A stretch of 64,000 nucleotides of DNA, from positions 8,340,560 through 8,404,559 of the forward strand of contig OZ199839.1 of NCBI GenBank assembly GCA_964304625.1, in the 5' to 3' direction. Shown here piece by piece: positions 1 through 12,637 of the stretch (the stretch's first letter is position 1; every line of letters starts with the position of its first letter). The translations under genes were made by a program, and so were the position numbers. The stretch is from Kudoa neothunni. Lineage: Eukaryota; Animalia; Cnidaria. The notes beneath the pieces were generated by a model. The model worked only from the letters and a program-made list of their open reading frames with translations, ran no database searches and was not told the origin of the DNA.

Positions 1-1724
1 TTTTATTGTTTTCAAGAATTATAATTATTATTTTCTCTGTCTGTGTTTGGTTGTTTCTTTAATGAAAAAATACACAAACGCGCATGTGTAAACTATCGAT
101 TTGCGTGGTAAATTGCTATTCCCAAAAAACCTACATATAATGTCGAGATCTTACTGTAATAGAGCGGCCTGGAAACAGTTTAGGATTATGCGTACGCTCC
201 CAAAACTATCTTTTTTTAATACTCTAACGCAGGGATAGATTAAATGAAATTAAAATTAGATAGGGGGAATTTTTGCATTGTGGGTTTGTGTCGTAATTTT
301 GGATTTCTAAGGAATTATATTATTAAGGGTTATTAAACTCAATAAGAATCAGTCGACAAATTCTTAATATATTTTTAGGAATATGTTTTTAACAGCTATT
401 TCCAAAACTATTAAGGTGGTTAATTGATTTTCCGCAATTTTGGAAATCTTACAATATACGTCTTAGAAACATTCTAATTTTCTAAGAATCATTATAACTC
501 CCGTTGTTATAATATTTGTGAAATTTTAAATCAGCAAAACATTTTTATCCCTGTTTTTCAAAAAATAGAGGATTAACTGACTTTCCACACATTTTTTAGT
601 CTTTAATCCTATTTTTGCTCTGATGAGCATACGATAAAAATAATTTTCATTTAGTTGGATGGAAAATTTGTATAATGTTTGTATATTTTCCATCTCATTC
701 TCCTTAAACTGTTTTTAATAATCAAATTTTTTTATATTTGATAAACGTACATATTGCTTTACGATAATTCGGACTTCTGTAAATAGCGTACATATCCTAT
801 TTACAAACACCTACTGACTACTTTTCATGCTATTTCGTGTATTTACTGAAGGTATTCTACTTTGAGAGAAATACGAGAATTACAATAATGTAATAATTCT
901 AATAGATGTAGTCATAATAATAAATGTAAATGCATTCACGAGAATTATTTTTTTCTTAGTGTACATGTAACACATCCTATAGTTTAGATTGGTTCATAAA
1001 GGCCCTTATTTATATTGTATACTGGATGTAATATATTATTTAATGATATAATTTAAATAAAATGAGGGTAGAATGATGTATTTGTATAAATTTTTAGGGA
1101 CAAACTTAATTTTTTCCTGTGGCGCGCACATAAAAAAGTGCGAAAAATCGATTACCTACTGTATTAGTCTTTTTGTTTTATTCCTCGTTTATCTTTTAAT
1201 GGTGTAGATTAATAATGGAAATACTTAAAATGACTATTTCCATGGTAAATAATATTCAAGTGTCATTAGTTTAGACTATTTTTAATTATTTCTAGCCCCT
1301 AAGAGCGAAGGGATGGGCAAAAAAATTTAATTTGGAAAAATTTAAAAACTTAAAACTAAATACAGATTGTGAGTATAAGATGATGAGATGATGGTAAATT
1401 GTCGATATGAAGGCGTATGTGCCTTTTATGACCAGAATTTACCACTCCAAAAAATAACCCCTGCTACAGCTAAACAAGTATAAAACATTAAGATAACTAT
1501 GGATTTGACTTCCAATTTAGGGGGTTAATTTGAAAAAAACGTTTGAGAACCTAGCTCTAAATGATTTGGGCGTAGTACACCCCAACCTACTTTTAATGTG
1601 GGCATAAAATTTTACAACCTTCTCATAGAAAATTTAAATTTAAGCTACTTTCCTTTATTTATTTACCGTACTATATATCAAAAATTTGGCTAAAACATAT
1701 ATTCAGGTAATACTAAAAAAAATT

Positions 1725-2411
1725 CCATCCTCTAGGGGGCATAGGGTGAAAAACTCCCCAGGGGTTTTTTGGTTATATTAACTTGAAAAATTATAAATAA
1801 TTAAATGAGAAACTCCTGTAAAAGTCCGTAGAAAAAAAACATGAAAATCTGCAATTAATATCCCTCCTAATTCAATACGGCATTCTTCGTCGATCGCTCG
1901 AAAGTTTCCATTGGTATTAATTGAGGTTCTCCTATGATATGGGCGGAGAAACATCGTTTTTGTTACACATGTTAGGTTTTAACAACTAACAAAAGTTTGT
2001 TTTTAAATTGTAATGTTGAAGAATACTTCATCGGAGATTTTATTTTAATTATGCGCCAATTTGGGTTATGTAGAAAAATGGGATTATTTGAGCAAGAAAC
2101 TTGGAACATTCTGGTGGATGAATCAAGTTGAGTGTTTTCAATAAATTTTTTGACGATATCCACTCCTTTGTTGGGGAGAAAGATAATAACTTGTTGTTTA
2201 CACTACTTAACGCAAGGCCTTATCATTCGTTGAAAATAATCCACGATGATTGAGCCGAACCAGATTAAGTTTTGTAATAGATGTAAATATTCTCCAAATT
2301 CTATCGACAGAATTTACTATAAATTCTCAAGTAAATTCAAAATTAATTTTTGAGTAAATTTAAACAAAAAGAATCCCGGGTGTTTTTCACCCCAAGCCCG
2401 TTAGAGGATGG
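1725..2411. mobile_element. Non-autonomous TIR element (MITE-like, ~690 bp)
   Basis: Imperfect ~34-bp inverted repeats: CCATCCTCTAGGGGGCATAGGGTGAAAAACTCCC (1725-) versus the reverse complement of 2378-2411, CCATCCTCTAACGGGCTTGGGGTGAAAAACACCC. No clean TSD; superfamily not assigned. Confidence 0.65.
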
Positions 2412-4059
2412 ATTTTTTCGTTATTAATAGTTATTTTGAGCAGATTTTATTTAAATTATCGTGTTTTAGGAATTATATATTTTTTCTCATTTTTCATAAA
2501 GTCATTATAACAAAAATGTATGTAAATCAATTTAGTTTTCTAGAATAACATTTCAAACACATCATTATTGTTTAAAACCCCAACATATAATGTTTCAACA
2601 CCAATATGCAACTAGCGCACGCGATCGATAACTTTTATAGATCAAAATGAAACATATTTCCAGTTATCAATATTTTCTAAGTTTAAACAATGAGTCTAAA
2701 TTGTTGTTGAAGTTTAAATATTGTTTAGGCATAATATTAGTTGGTCCCTCCATAATAACGTTCAATGGTTCTTATTGTGGGTAGATTTTTATTTCTTACA
2801 ACTGATATCAAATAATGGAATATATCCAACTCGAATTAAGAAAAAGATCCTAACTTGTTAGGGAAATTAGTTTTTAGACAATTTCCGCAAAAATTGTTAT
2901 GCAATCATCATCTACTAAACTTTGAATGAATGATTTTTGCACATTGGTGAGTTTTGATCCACCGTTATAATTTTTTACTGTCTGAACAAATAACTAATTT
3001 ATTTCGTTTTAAAATTCGCCCAATCATTGATTTGAGAACATCCGCAAACTTAGCAATTTATTCATTTGTATATTTCTGAGACATTTCATAAGAAATCAAA
3101 TGGACATTAATTACCTCTGTCAACCGAATCACTCTTGTTCATATTCTTATAGGCAATGTCACATACTTTCGTAAATTTGTGTTAATTCAATTTTGATTCG
3201 GTAAGGGTGTATTTTGACCCGACGTATTACTGAGCTCGTGTAAAAATTTCTTGTTGATTTATAAATAATGTATTTTTAATTAAGATAACGTTCACAACAA
3301 GTTTATTTGATTTTAAAAGATTACTTTCATTTTGATCTTGGAATACTGTAATAGTCCGTAAAAAGTTCGTTTTTTTAGAATCAATTAAAATCACGAAGAA
3401 TATCCAGAGTACCAATACATTAAAATTTAATAAACCTAGATTAACTTAAGTCTAATCATAAATGAGTTTTTGGTTAATTTATACCTATTATCACTTGGTA
3501 GTTTTGGTCAAAATATTTTTTCACAAAACTGTATTTTAATCTTATTTGTGAACGGATCATATGTTTTATGCTATTGCCAGCTAGAATCCAATCAACGACC
3601 TGTAAGAGGTGATATTAAAGTTAATAATTTGGATTTTTTATATTTAACTAGATGTTTTTAGTCCGCTGTTAATCGTTATACACTTAACAGTCAATAGCAA
3701 AATCTGTAATGAACGATAAAATTTATCTAGATAATATTTTTTCGCTCAATTTTCACTCAATTCTGCTTAAAACTTCTCAAATAAAGAGAATTTTATATTC
3801 TTAATAAACTTTTCATCTATTAACCAAAAACCCAAATTGTGCTAGCCTCCAAAATTTATTTATATTATTTTATTATGAATAAAGTAATGTGTTTCATCAT
3901 TTTTAATAGAACAGAGAGAATAATATCAATCCAATAATGAGCTGTATTTCTGAAATAGTATTGTTTTCACAATATATTATATATTCGGTAAGTAATATTA
4001 ATTTAAGAATTGTAACACTTTGACTGGAGTCATTGTAAGGATAGAGATTACTGGAGAAG

Positions 4060-5872
4060 ATGCACAAAGTTATCACACTAATACTTTTATGCGGGATATT
4101 GGCTCCTTTTGAACTTGAGGGATGCACCGGTAAAACAACTGAAGGCTATGAAGTAATTTTTTAGTTTTATAATTTTGTATAATATTAAGTCAGCCTGGAG
4201 TCGCTATGATGTTTCACTTTGGAGAATTATACTTAGCCCTTTATATTTTCAAAATTTCCCCAACAGATAATAACCTTACTTATGAAATACTTTATACAAC
4301 AAACTGCAAATGTAACTAATATTTGTAAAAACTTTAAGTAATTTGATTCAGTGGATAAAGTTGATTCTTTAAATGAAGCGCTTATGGTTATCAAAGGATG
4401 CATTCAAAATATCGTTGAGTCTTATAGTTTTTATTGCCACTTACCTTGTGATCCAATGATTCTGTTTTTTACATTTGAAGCAAACATCTTACCAATGTAA
4501 TCTTGAAATAATACGATGGATTTTGACAATGTTTTAATATAATCTAAGATCTTGGGAGCCGGAATGGTGGGGAGGAATATTTGGTAAAGATAAATGGACA
4601 ATTAACGAACATAGAAAATTAAATCAAGTAACAATATACATGGATAGTGAAGTTGAATCATTACTATTCAATTTGTCTGCAGCTTACGATCCTGTCATTA
4701 GAGTCAGTAAATTTTTCAGATTCTTAACAAATAAAAATAACTAATTAATTATAGGATTTCAGGGATTTGGGAATGCTTTGGATTAGAAATTCAGGATTAA
4801 TTTTTGGTGTTACAAACCAAAAAGCAATACCTAATGTTAAAAATCAGTTTTTATTTTCATTCAATAAAAAACAATATGGAGTCCTGCACAAGAATTTGTT
4901 ATGCTACGGAAATAAAATTTATATTTTACTTCATTTAAAGCTAATTATGGTAAAATGTCCGTTCTATTATTGTGATAATTTAGTGTTTCTAGAAAAACAA
5001 CTACGTTACCACATCGCCTCTGGTTGATCCTTGTGCTTTGTTATATAATACAAGATTTTATATCAAATATTCTTACTCTCACTATTGCTTTAAAAATGGA
5101 TATATTGAAAAAAAGTTTAGTAATAAATATCAGATTTTATCGAGATTTGATTTGATGGAATGCTCCAAGTTGTTACTCGGAACGTTAACAGACCCCAATT
5201 TATGCCCAGAGAATGATTGTTTCACCAAAGATGACGAAGCTGCTCTGAGGAATACTTTTGTTAAATCCATCAATAATAATCAAAAATATTCCTTTATAGT
5301 ATTATTTTAGTGTCGAATTTTACATTTTCAGTCTCCGGTAGATATTACATGAGTTTGGTTCAATGTTAACTCAACAGCTGCATACAGTGGACACCTTGGT
5401 TGAACTAGTATCACAAAACTGTGATCCAACAAAGCAAAAGAAAATGGTATTTTTATCATTATTGTTATTTAAAAAAATATTATGAGAAAACATCAGAGTA
5501 TTTTAAAAAATAAATTCTGCCGATTTCTTGCCTACACATACTTTATTGTTGGTCATTGTGGCGGCCAAAAAGAATTCGTGTTTATGTTTTCCCCATTTGA
5601 AAAAGAAATGTTATCAGCAATTCCGCTACTCGATATACGATTAAATTACCTTCATTTAAATATGTTGTACAGACAAACATTTTATTTCCTCTCACCTGAT
5701 GTAACTTTTTATATTTTTGATCAACCTACGTCATGATTGATACATATCCATGTAGTTTTCTTCATACATAACTACAGCATTACCACAAATGTCGGTCTAC
5801 ATAAAAATTGATGAAAGAGGTAAGACTAGACTACGTAAATATATTTATTTGTTTAAATCCATTTTTGGTTAA
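4060..5872 (+). CDS. Secreted GDA1/CD39 (NTPDase)-fold protein with degenerate apyrase motifs, copy 1 (intact, 9 exons, 478 aa)
   Basis: Exons 4060-4152, 4194-4311, 4352-4496, 4549-4702, 4755-4949, 4993-5298, 5342-5446, 5497-5700 and 5756-5872 splice in frame via GT-AG introns. N-terminus MHKVITLILLCGILAPF is signal-peptide-like. Colinear CD39-like blocks: YGVLHKNLLCYG (cf. YNVYTHSFLCYG), LVDPC (cf. LRDPC), ECSKLL..CPENDCF (cf. QCHQSI..CPYSQCAF), KFCRFLAYTYFIV (cf. EYCFSGTYILSLL). Gene structure is well supported; family call is by eye. Confidence 0.75.
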
Positions 5873-8604
5873 ATTGCTATTTTAAACACTTTTTTAATGC
5901 CACGATATCATTAACCCTTTGTTCACTGTAGTGGAAGAACGATAATTTCGCTTAACAAACGTTACACATAATCGATTAGAAGTTAGAAAATAAAAAAATC
6001 CAAAAAGTAAACGTTAAGTTAAACTTAAACAATAAGATCAATTATATTTCACCAATCAACGCAGAGATAACCGGGGTCAACCGTATGCGTAACCAATTCG
6101 GTGAGTTGTTGTTTGTTTCATTATTTGTGAAAAAAATAATTGGGTATCAAATACTTTATTTACTATCATTCGAAACGGATTCAATATAATTTTTTCCGTC
6201 TGATAACCCAATTATAAGATAGATTGTAAGAGATTATATAGTTAACGCTTATTGAAATTTTCTATTGATTTACTTCTTAATTTACTTATTCGGATACTTT
6301 TTTGATAGTCATAAGTATACTTTATATAAATATAAAAAATTAAGAGAAAGTGCTATCGCTATCATAAAAAACGACCGAGATACCTGAAGTGATTTGATCC
6401 CATGGGAACACACATGAGTTTTTGAACACGTTCCTTCGAAGGTTAATACAATCACAATGGTAACATCAATTTTTTTGCATGCACAATAATCTTGACGTCA
6501 ACTTTTTATTTTCAAAACTATTCTATATTTAAAATATTTTACTTTAAATTGTTGAAATAGAAATACAACAGACTGAGTTTTAGTATATACATTTTTTTCT
6601 TAAAATAAATACATTATATAACTATCGTAAAAGCCCCGCTTCCCTTAGGCTTCCTTGCCCGGCCAAGGCCATATGGAGTTCAATGTAAATTAAGAGTATT
6701 TAAATAAATAGTACAAAGATTACCCAATTAACGGATGATTTATTTAACTAATTGGACGTATGAACCTTATTTAATATTTTTAAAACCGAATAAACACTAC
6801 TGAACGTTTATATTTCCTATTTAATGCTCCTAAAATATCGATTTTCCCCTTGTTGTTTGCAGTAACCTCTAAATCATAACACACAAAATAAGACAAATCT
6901 TGTAAACATCAATAAATGAATTTTATATTAATATTTGACCACATAACCTAATATTACCTTCCTTATTTGATCTGATTCAATTACTAAATTACTTCTCAAT
7001 AATTTTAAATTAAAATAAACACTATGGTACGTCTAAAATTAATTTTTTAAAATTGCCATGAAATGATCCATATGTTATCATAAATCCTCAACTCATACCA
7101 ATCATATCACGTAAGAATGTTTTTAGTCATGTTGTAGGCTGCAAATATTTTAAAATTATTTACATGTTTTTCTCGGTTAAAATAAAATTTTATCTTTCCA
7201 TATGCGTGCTCAAATGGAGTGATTTGACTCTCTATAAAGAATAAAAATTGCGTACACACACACGAACCCTTTAGCTTTATATGTATAGTAGTTAGGTAGA
7301 TAATGAACACACAAAATGCAAATGGCAACAAATATCATTGAGAAAAGAAGAGGTATGTTTACGTGTCAACCGCTCTATCTGAATATATCAATTATACATT
7401 AAAAATATGAAAATCTATAATATAATTGATCAATCCACGAATTTATTGCATAAATACATTTTTAACCTATAAAATAGAGCAAATAAAAATAACTAGTACG
7501 CGTATGCGCCGAAGATGTTTTGTTTGTAATAAAATTGGATATGTGAATTGCATTTATTATTATTTTCTATATTTGTTGACATAGATTATTAGTGTTATCA
7601 TCATGTTGTCTAAATAGTTGGTTCCTACATATTAAATCAAGGATCGACTAGAACAATCGCATTTTACCTTTACATCAATTTTATAAAAAATTTTTGTTTT
7701 TAACCTATCCATTTGGTAAATCTAGAAGATTGGGAAGAAATATTTTTCTGTTCCTATTTATTTTAAATAAACAATCACGATTAAGAAAATAAGGACACTA
7801 GTCAGATAGTTGGCAACTAATTTATGGAAGGCAAGAAAATGATTTCTCTCGAATTTCAATTCATACACAGCACCAAATTTTTGAACCTTTAAAAGAGTTT
7901 CAACAAAGTTAAATAGTAAATACATCGAAATAGCTAAATCCACTATAATGAATATAGTTTAGTCAAATATGTACTTTATTTACGCTAAACGATGAGTTTC
8001 TAATCCATCGTAAATGAACTCTCATCTAATTTATAACTCTTATTTTTAAGTAGGTTTGGTATACAATTTTTCCCCATGAAACTATATTGTAATTTGTTAT
8101 TTGTAAACTTAACATACGTTTGCGTTAGTGTCATCTTGAATCCAGACGATGACCTATTACTGCTGACATAAAAAATTAATAATATATAATCTTCGATGTT
8201 TGGATAGATTTTATTTTATTTAGTTGCTAAATTTATTTACGCTTAACAATCAATAAAAAACTATAGAAATTAACCACTTTTATCTAGATATTAGCTCGTT
8301 CGATTTTCAATTGATTCTACTTGAAACTTCTTAGATAAAGGAAATGTTATCTTCTTAATAAACTTTTCACCAATTCGCCAAAAATTGGAATTGGGCCAAC
8401 CACCAAAATTTATTTATATTTTTTTTACAATAATGCAAAATACTTGTTTCACTATTTTTAATAGACCAGATAGTTTAATATCAATATAATAATGTATCAT
8501 AACTCTAATATAATATTGTTTACAAGAAATATTTTATAAGTAGTGTTAATGACTAAATTTATAATACTCTGGTTAAAATTTGTATGAATAGACCATAACA
8601 AAAT

Positions 8605-11600
8605 ATGCACACAGTTATCACAATATTATTACTATTGGGAATATTGGCCCCTTTTGAACTTGGGGGATGCACCGATAAATCAACTGAAGGCTATGAAGTA
8701 ATTTGTTAGTTTTATAATTTTGTATAATATTAAGTCAGACTGGAATCGCTATGATGTTTTATTATGGAGATTTGTACCTTTCCCTTTATATTTTCAAAAA
8801 ATTCCCCAAGGATAATAGCCTTTCTTATAAAATAATTTTTACAACAAAATGCACATGTAACTAATATTTGTGGAATTTTTAAATGATTTTAGGCTGCGGC
8901 CATTGCGATGGATCCGTTTAATCCCTATGCCGGAGCTGACTAATGTAACGGATGGGAATATCTACTAAAATAACGTTCGTATAAAAACGTTAATTTCATA
9001 AATACATATATTAATAAACGAGCTATAAATAAATAAATAAATTTTCAAAGAAAAATAAACCAATTGACTTTTCACCTATAAATTGGCCAAATATACAAAC
9101 AATGATTAATATTTTTCTTCAATATATTACTACTTAGGTTAATATATATGAGTGGTCTTCAAATCTTGTTGTGTTTAGTTTATACAACAAGAAATAGTGA
9201 TATAAATGATAAGTTAATTTAGAATAGGTGAGCTTGTGTTAATTTGGTTTGTTTGCAACAGTGATTGTAAATAAACTGTTTTGCGATACGAGTTCAATTA
9301 AAATAACTATTTTATATTTCATTTGTGATTTTAATTTTTATAATGGATCTTATCGATAAATAAGCCCATTTTTCGTTTTAATATTAATATCAACTATACG
9401 TAATATGACCACTTAATTTATTTCGAAAAAGATATTTCCCTTCTGTGAATATACACAGAATAATTCAACATCTAATAATAACGGTAAATATGGTCACAAT
9501 GCGAAACTTCAAGAAATATAAGAAGACAAATTTAAACCTGTCCAAATCGCTTATAAAATGCATGTCTACACAAACTAACATACGTCAACGTCTGCAGAAT
9601 ATTGCGAAGAATCTATCCTTAACTCAGTAATTGCTATTAAAAGACTTGAAATTATATTAGAGACAATAATGTCTATAAATAGAAAATTATTAAACATTGT
9701 TTTAAAATATTAATTTAAAATGATGTGACTAACTTTAAGTACAAGGTGAAATCAACGAGAATAACTCGAAATACGACAATCAGGTATAAAATACCGATCT
9801 AAACGAAAAAAGAGATGGTATAATTATAAGTATAAGTTTCTCAAATAAATATTAGGTATCAAACTTTAAACGAATGAAAAGAAAGATGTGAATGAGATTT
9901 CTGAAGCATCCCCAACCAAGTTATCTAATAATCGCTCATCTTAAGATTGGTATAATATGCAAAGTGACCAACAGATAGATGAATGCAAAACCGACGATAA
10001 TGTCTGTTAGGTCTCCGCAAATAAGATACCAGTGAAAACAAACCAATGTGCACAAAACAAAACTAATGCTCGCAATGGATGACAAGCATACCAATGTCAA
10101 AAGTTAAATAATCATATTTAACTTAATATTAATCTTATATAGATTTAATATTTTCCCCCAAAATAAAAACAATAGGACAACCCAATGGTTCTAATCTAAC
10201 AATCATTAAATTACTTAAAAAGTAAAGATGAACAATTTAAACTCATATTAAATATACAAACAATAAAATATTCTATGAAATATATATATCCATTATGAAA
10301 TAACTCCCTTTTCATTTTTACTAGAACAGAAAACAAGTTGAAAATCTCAATTATTTCATCTTAAAAATAGTTATATCCACTTTTATAATAAAATTAATTA
10401 AGAAATATTATCGCTTGTTTTTAACTACATTTGATCAAGGCAATATCATAGAATTGATAAAAACAAAATGAAACACATTAGACCAGTGATTCCCAATGGG
10501 GGGGGGGTTCGAAAATTTAATCAAGAATACATAAAATAGCTCCCGAAAAACAGCAGAAATCTCATTAGTTATATATTTATATTATTTATTATTTGTTGTT
10601 TTGTGATTGAAAAAATAGAAAATTAATACGTGGAATTTTTTCTTGGCTTTTTAAAAATATATATACTGAATTCTTAACACAATTCTCATATTAATTGATA
10701 AGGGTTTGATAGACCCATAAGTGTGTCTAAAAGAGTTCGAAAACGCCCCAAAATTTGGGAACCACTCAACTAGGGGTATTTTTAGCATGAACGCTAACTC
10801 TCTTAATAAGATCAACGTTCCTTGTAATTTCTTATAAAAATTACAATATTTATATAAAGGTTTCTTAAAATACAATTTAAAGATAAATTCCTGACGAAAG
10901 CTTCGGTTTAATTTATGCATAATTAATTAATTTACATGTAGAAAGTCAACTGATTTATTTTCGTTAAAGGATTTATTTATTAATAATTCACTTATTGTTA
11001 TATATATTTATGAGATTGAAATTTTAATACGAACGTTATTCTAGTAGATATTCCCATCCGTTACATTAGTCATCCCCGGCATAGGGAGTAAACTGATTCG
11101 TTGCAATAGTCCAGTGCCATGATTTTATATAGTGGTTAAAGTTGATTCTTTAAATGATGCGATGTTGGTTATAAAAGGGTGCATTAAATATATCGTTGAG
11201 GCCAATAGTTCCTACTGTCGTTTAATTTTTGAACCAATGATTCTGTTCTTTGGATTTGAAATTAACGTTTTACCAATGTAATCTCGCAATTGTAGGGTAG
11301 GTAATGATGTAGTTTTTTACATAATTTAAGGTCTTGGAAGCAAAAATGGTGGACGGAAATTTTTTTTCATGGTAAATGGATAATTGATAAAAATAGAAAA
11401 ATTAAACCAAGTCGCAATATACATGGACAAACAAGTTGAATCACTATTGTTCAGTTTGTCTGCAGCTTACGATCATATCGATGGAGTTAATAATTTTTTT
11501 CAGATTCTTACCGTTTAAAATTAATTAATAAATTATAGGATTTTAAGGATTTGGGAATGCTTTGGATCAGGAACTTTGGATTGATTTTTGGTGTTGCAGT

Positions 11601-12637
11601 CTCAAATGCCGATGTCGAATGTTAAAAATCAATTTTTTTTTTCATTCAATAAAAAAAAATATGGAGTTATACATAGAAATTTGTTATGCTACGGAAATAT
11701 CCAAATTAATGTTTTACTTCATTTAAAGCTGATAATAGTAATATGTTCGTTCTGCTTTTTCGATAAATTAAATGTTTCTAGAAAAATAACTTCGTTAACA
11801 CATCGCCTCTGGTTGATCCTTGTGCTTTGTTATATAAGCCAAGATTTTACATTAATTATTCCTATTCACATTATTGCTTAAAAAATAGATACAATGAGGA
11901 CAAATTCACAAGATAAATATCCAATTTTATCCAGGTTTGATTTGGTGGAATGCTCAAAGTTGTTACACGAAACGTTAACAGACTCTAATTTATGCTCGGA
12001 GAATGATTGCTTCACCCAAGGAAGATGAAACTGCTCTAAGAAATGCATTTTCCGAATCTACCAATGATAATATTAAAAATCCCTTTATAGTATTAATTTT
12101 ATGGCCAAATTTTCAATTTTCACTCTCCAGTAGGTATTGCATGAGTTTGGTTCAATGTTAACTCGAAAAGCGTATACGTTGAATAGTTTGGTTAAACTAA
12201 TATCGCAAAAGTGTGATCCAAAAAATCAAAAGAAAATGGTATTTTTATGATTATTTAACAATATATTATCAGATAACATTAGAATCTACTAAAAAATCAA
12301 TTTTGCCGTTTTCTTGCCTACACATACTCTATTATTGATCATTATGGTGGACAAAAATTTTTTATGTTTATATTTTCCTCAGTTGAAAATAAAATGTTAT
12401 CAGCAATCCCATTATTCGACCTACGATTAAATCACCTTCATTTAAATATGATATACAGAGAAAAAATATTATTTCCTCTCATCTGATGTACCATTTCATA
12501 TTCTTTACGAACTATGTCATGCTCCATACATATCCATTTAGTTTTCTTCACACATAACCACAGCCTTACCAGAAATATGGATCTACGTAAAAAGTGAGGA
12601 AATAGTCAAAACTAAACTACGTATATTTATTTTTTAA
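8605..12637 (+). CDS. CD39/NTPDase-fold gene, copy 2 (paralogue; five +1 homopolymer frameshifts; intron 2 expanded by a Mutator-like insertion)
   Basis: Same 9-exon structure and splice sites as 4060-5872, with clearly diverged sequence. I found no nonsense substitutions; the only lesions are single extra bases at ~11401, ~11610, ~11911, ~12016 and ~12466. Could be a pseudogene or an intact gene with assembly errors. Confidence 0.7.
8892..11118. mobile_element. Non-autonomous Mutator-like (MULE) element, 2227 bp
   Basis: Perfect 9-bp TSD ATGATTTTA (8883-8891 and 11119-11127). TIRs of ~140 bp start GGC and share the core TGACTAATGTAACGGATGGGAATATCTACTA. The element is absent from the matching intron of copy 1. 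Confidence 0.9.
10484..10767. mobile_element. hAT (Charlie-like) MITE nested in the MULE
   Basis: Ends CAGTGATTCCCAA ... TTGGGAACCACTC. Flanks contain TAG at the hAT-typical position, but the TSD is degenerate. Confidence 0.55.

Noticed and set aside
5330-5446. Apparent in-frame TGA codons suggesting recoding or selenocysteine in the duplicated gene
   Set aside because: Using the TAG acceptor at 5341 gives an open frame in both paralogues; no recoding is needed.
6632-6680. Short GC-rich island, possibly an ncRNA fragment
   Set aside because: No recognisable tRNA, SRP, snRNA or ribozyme motif.
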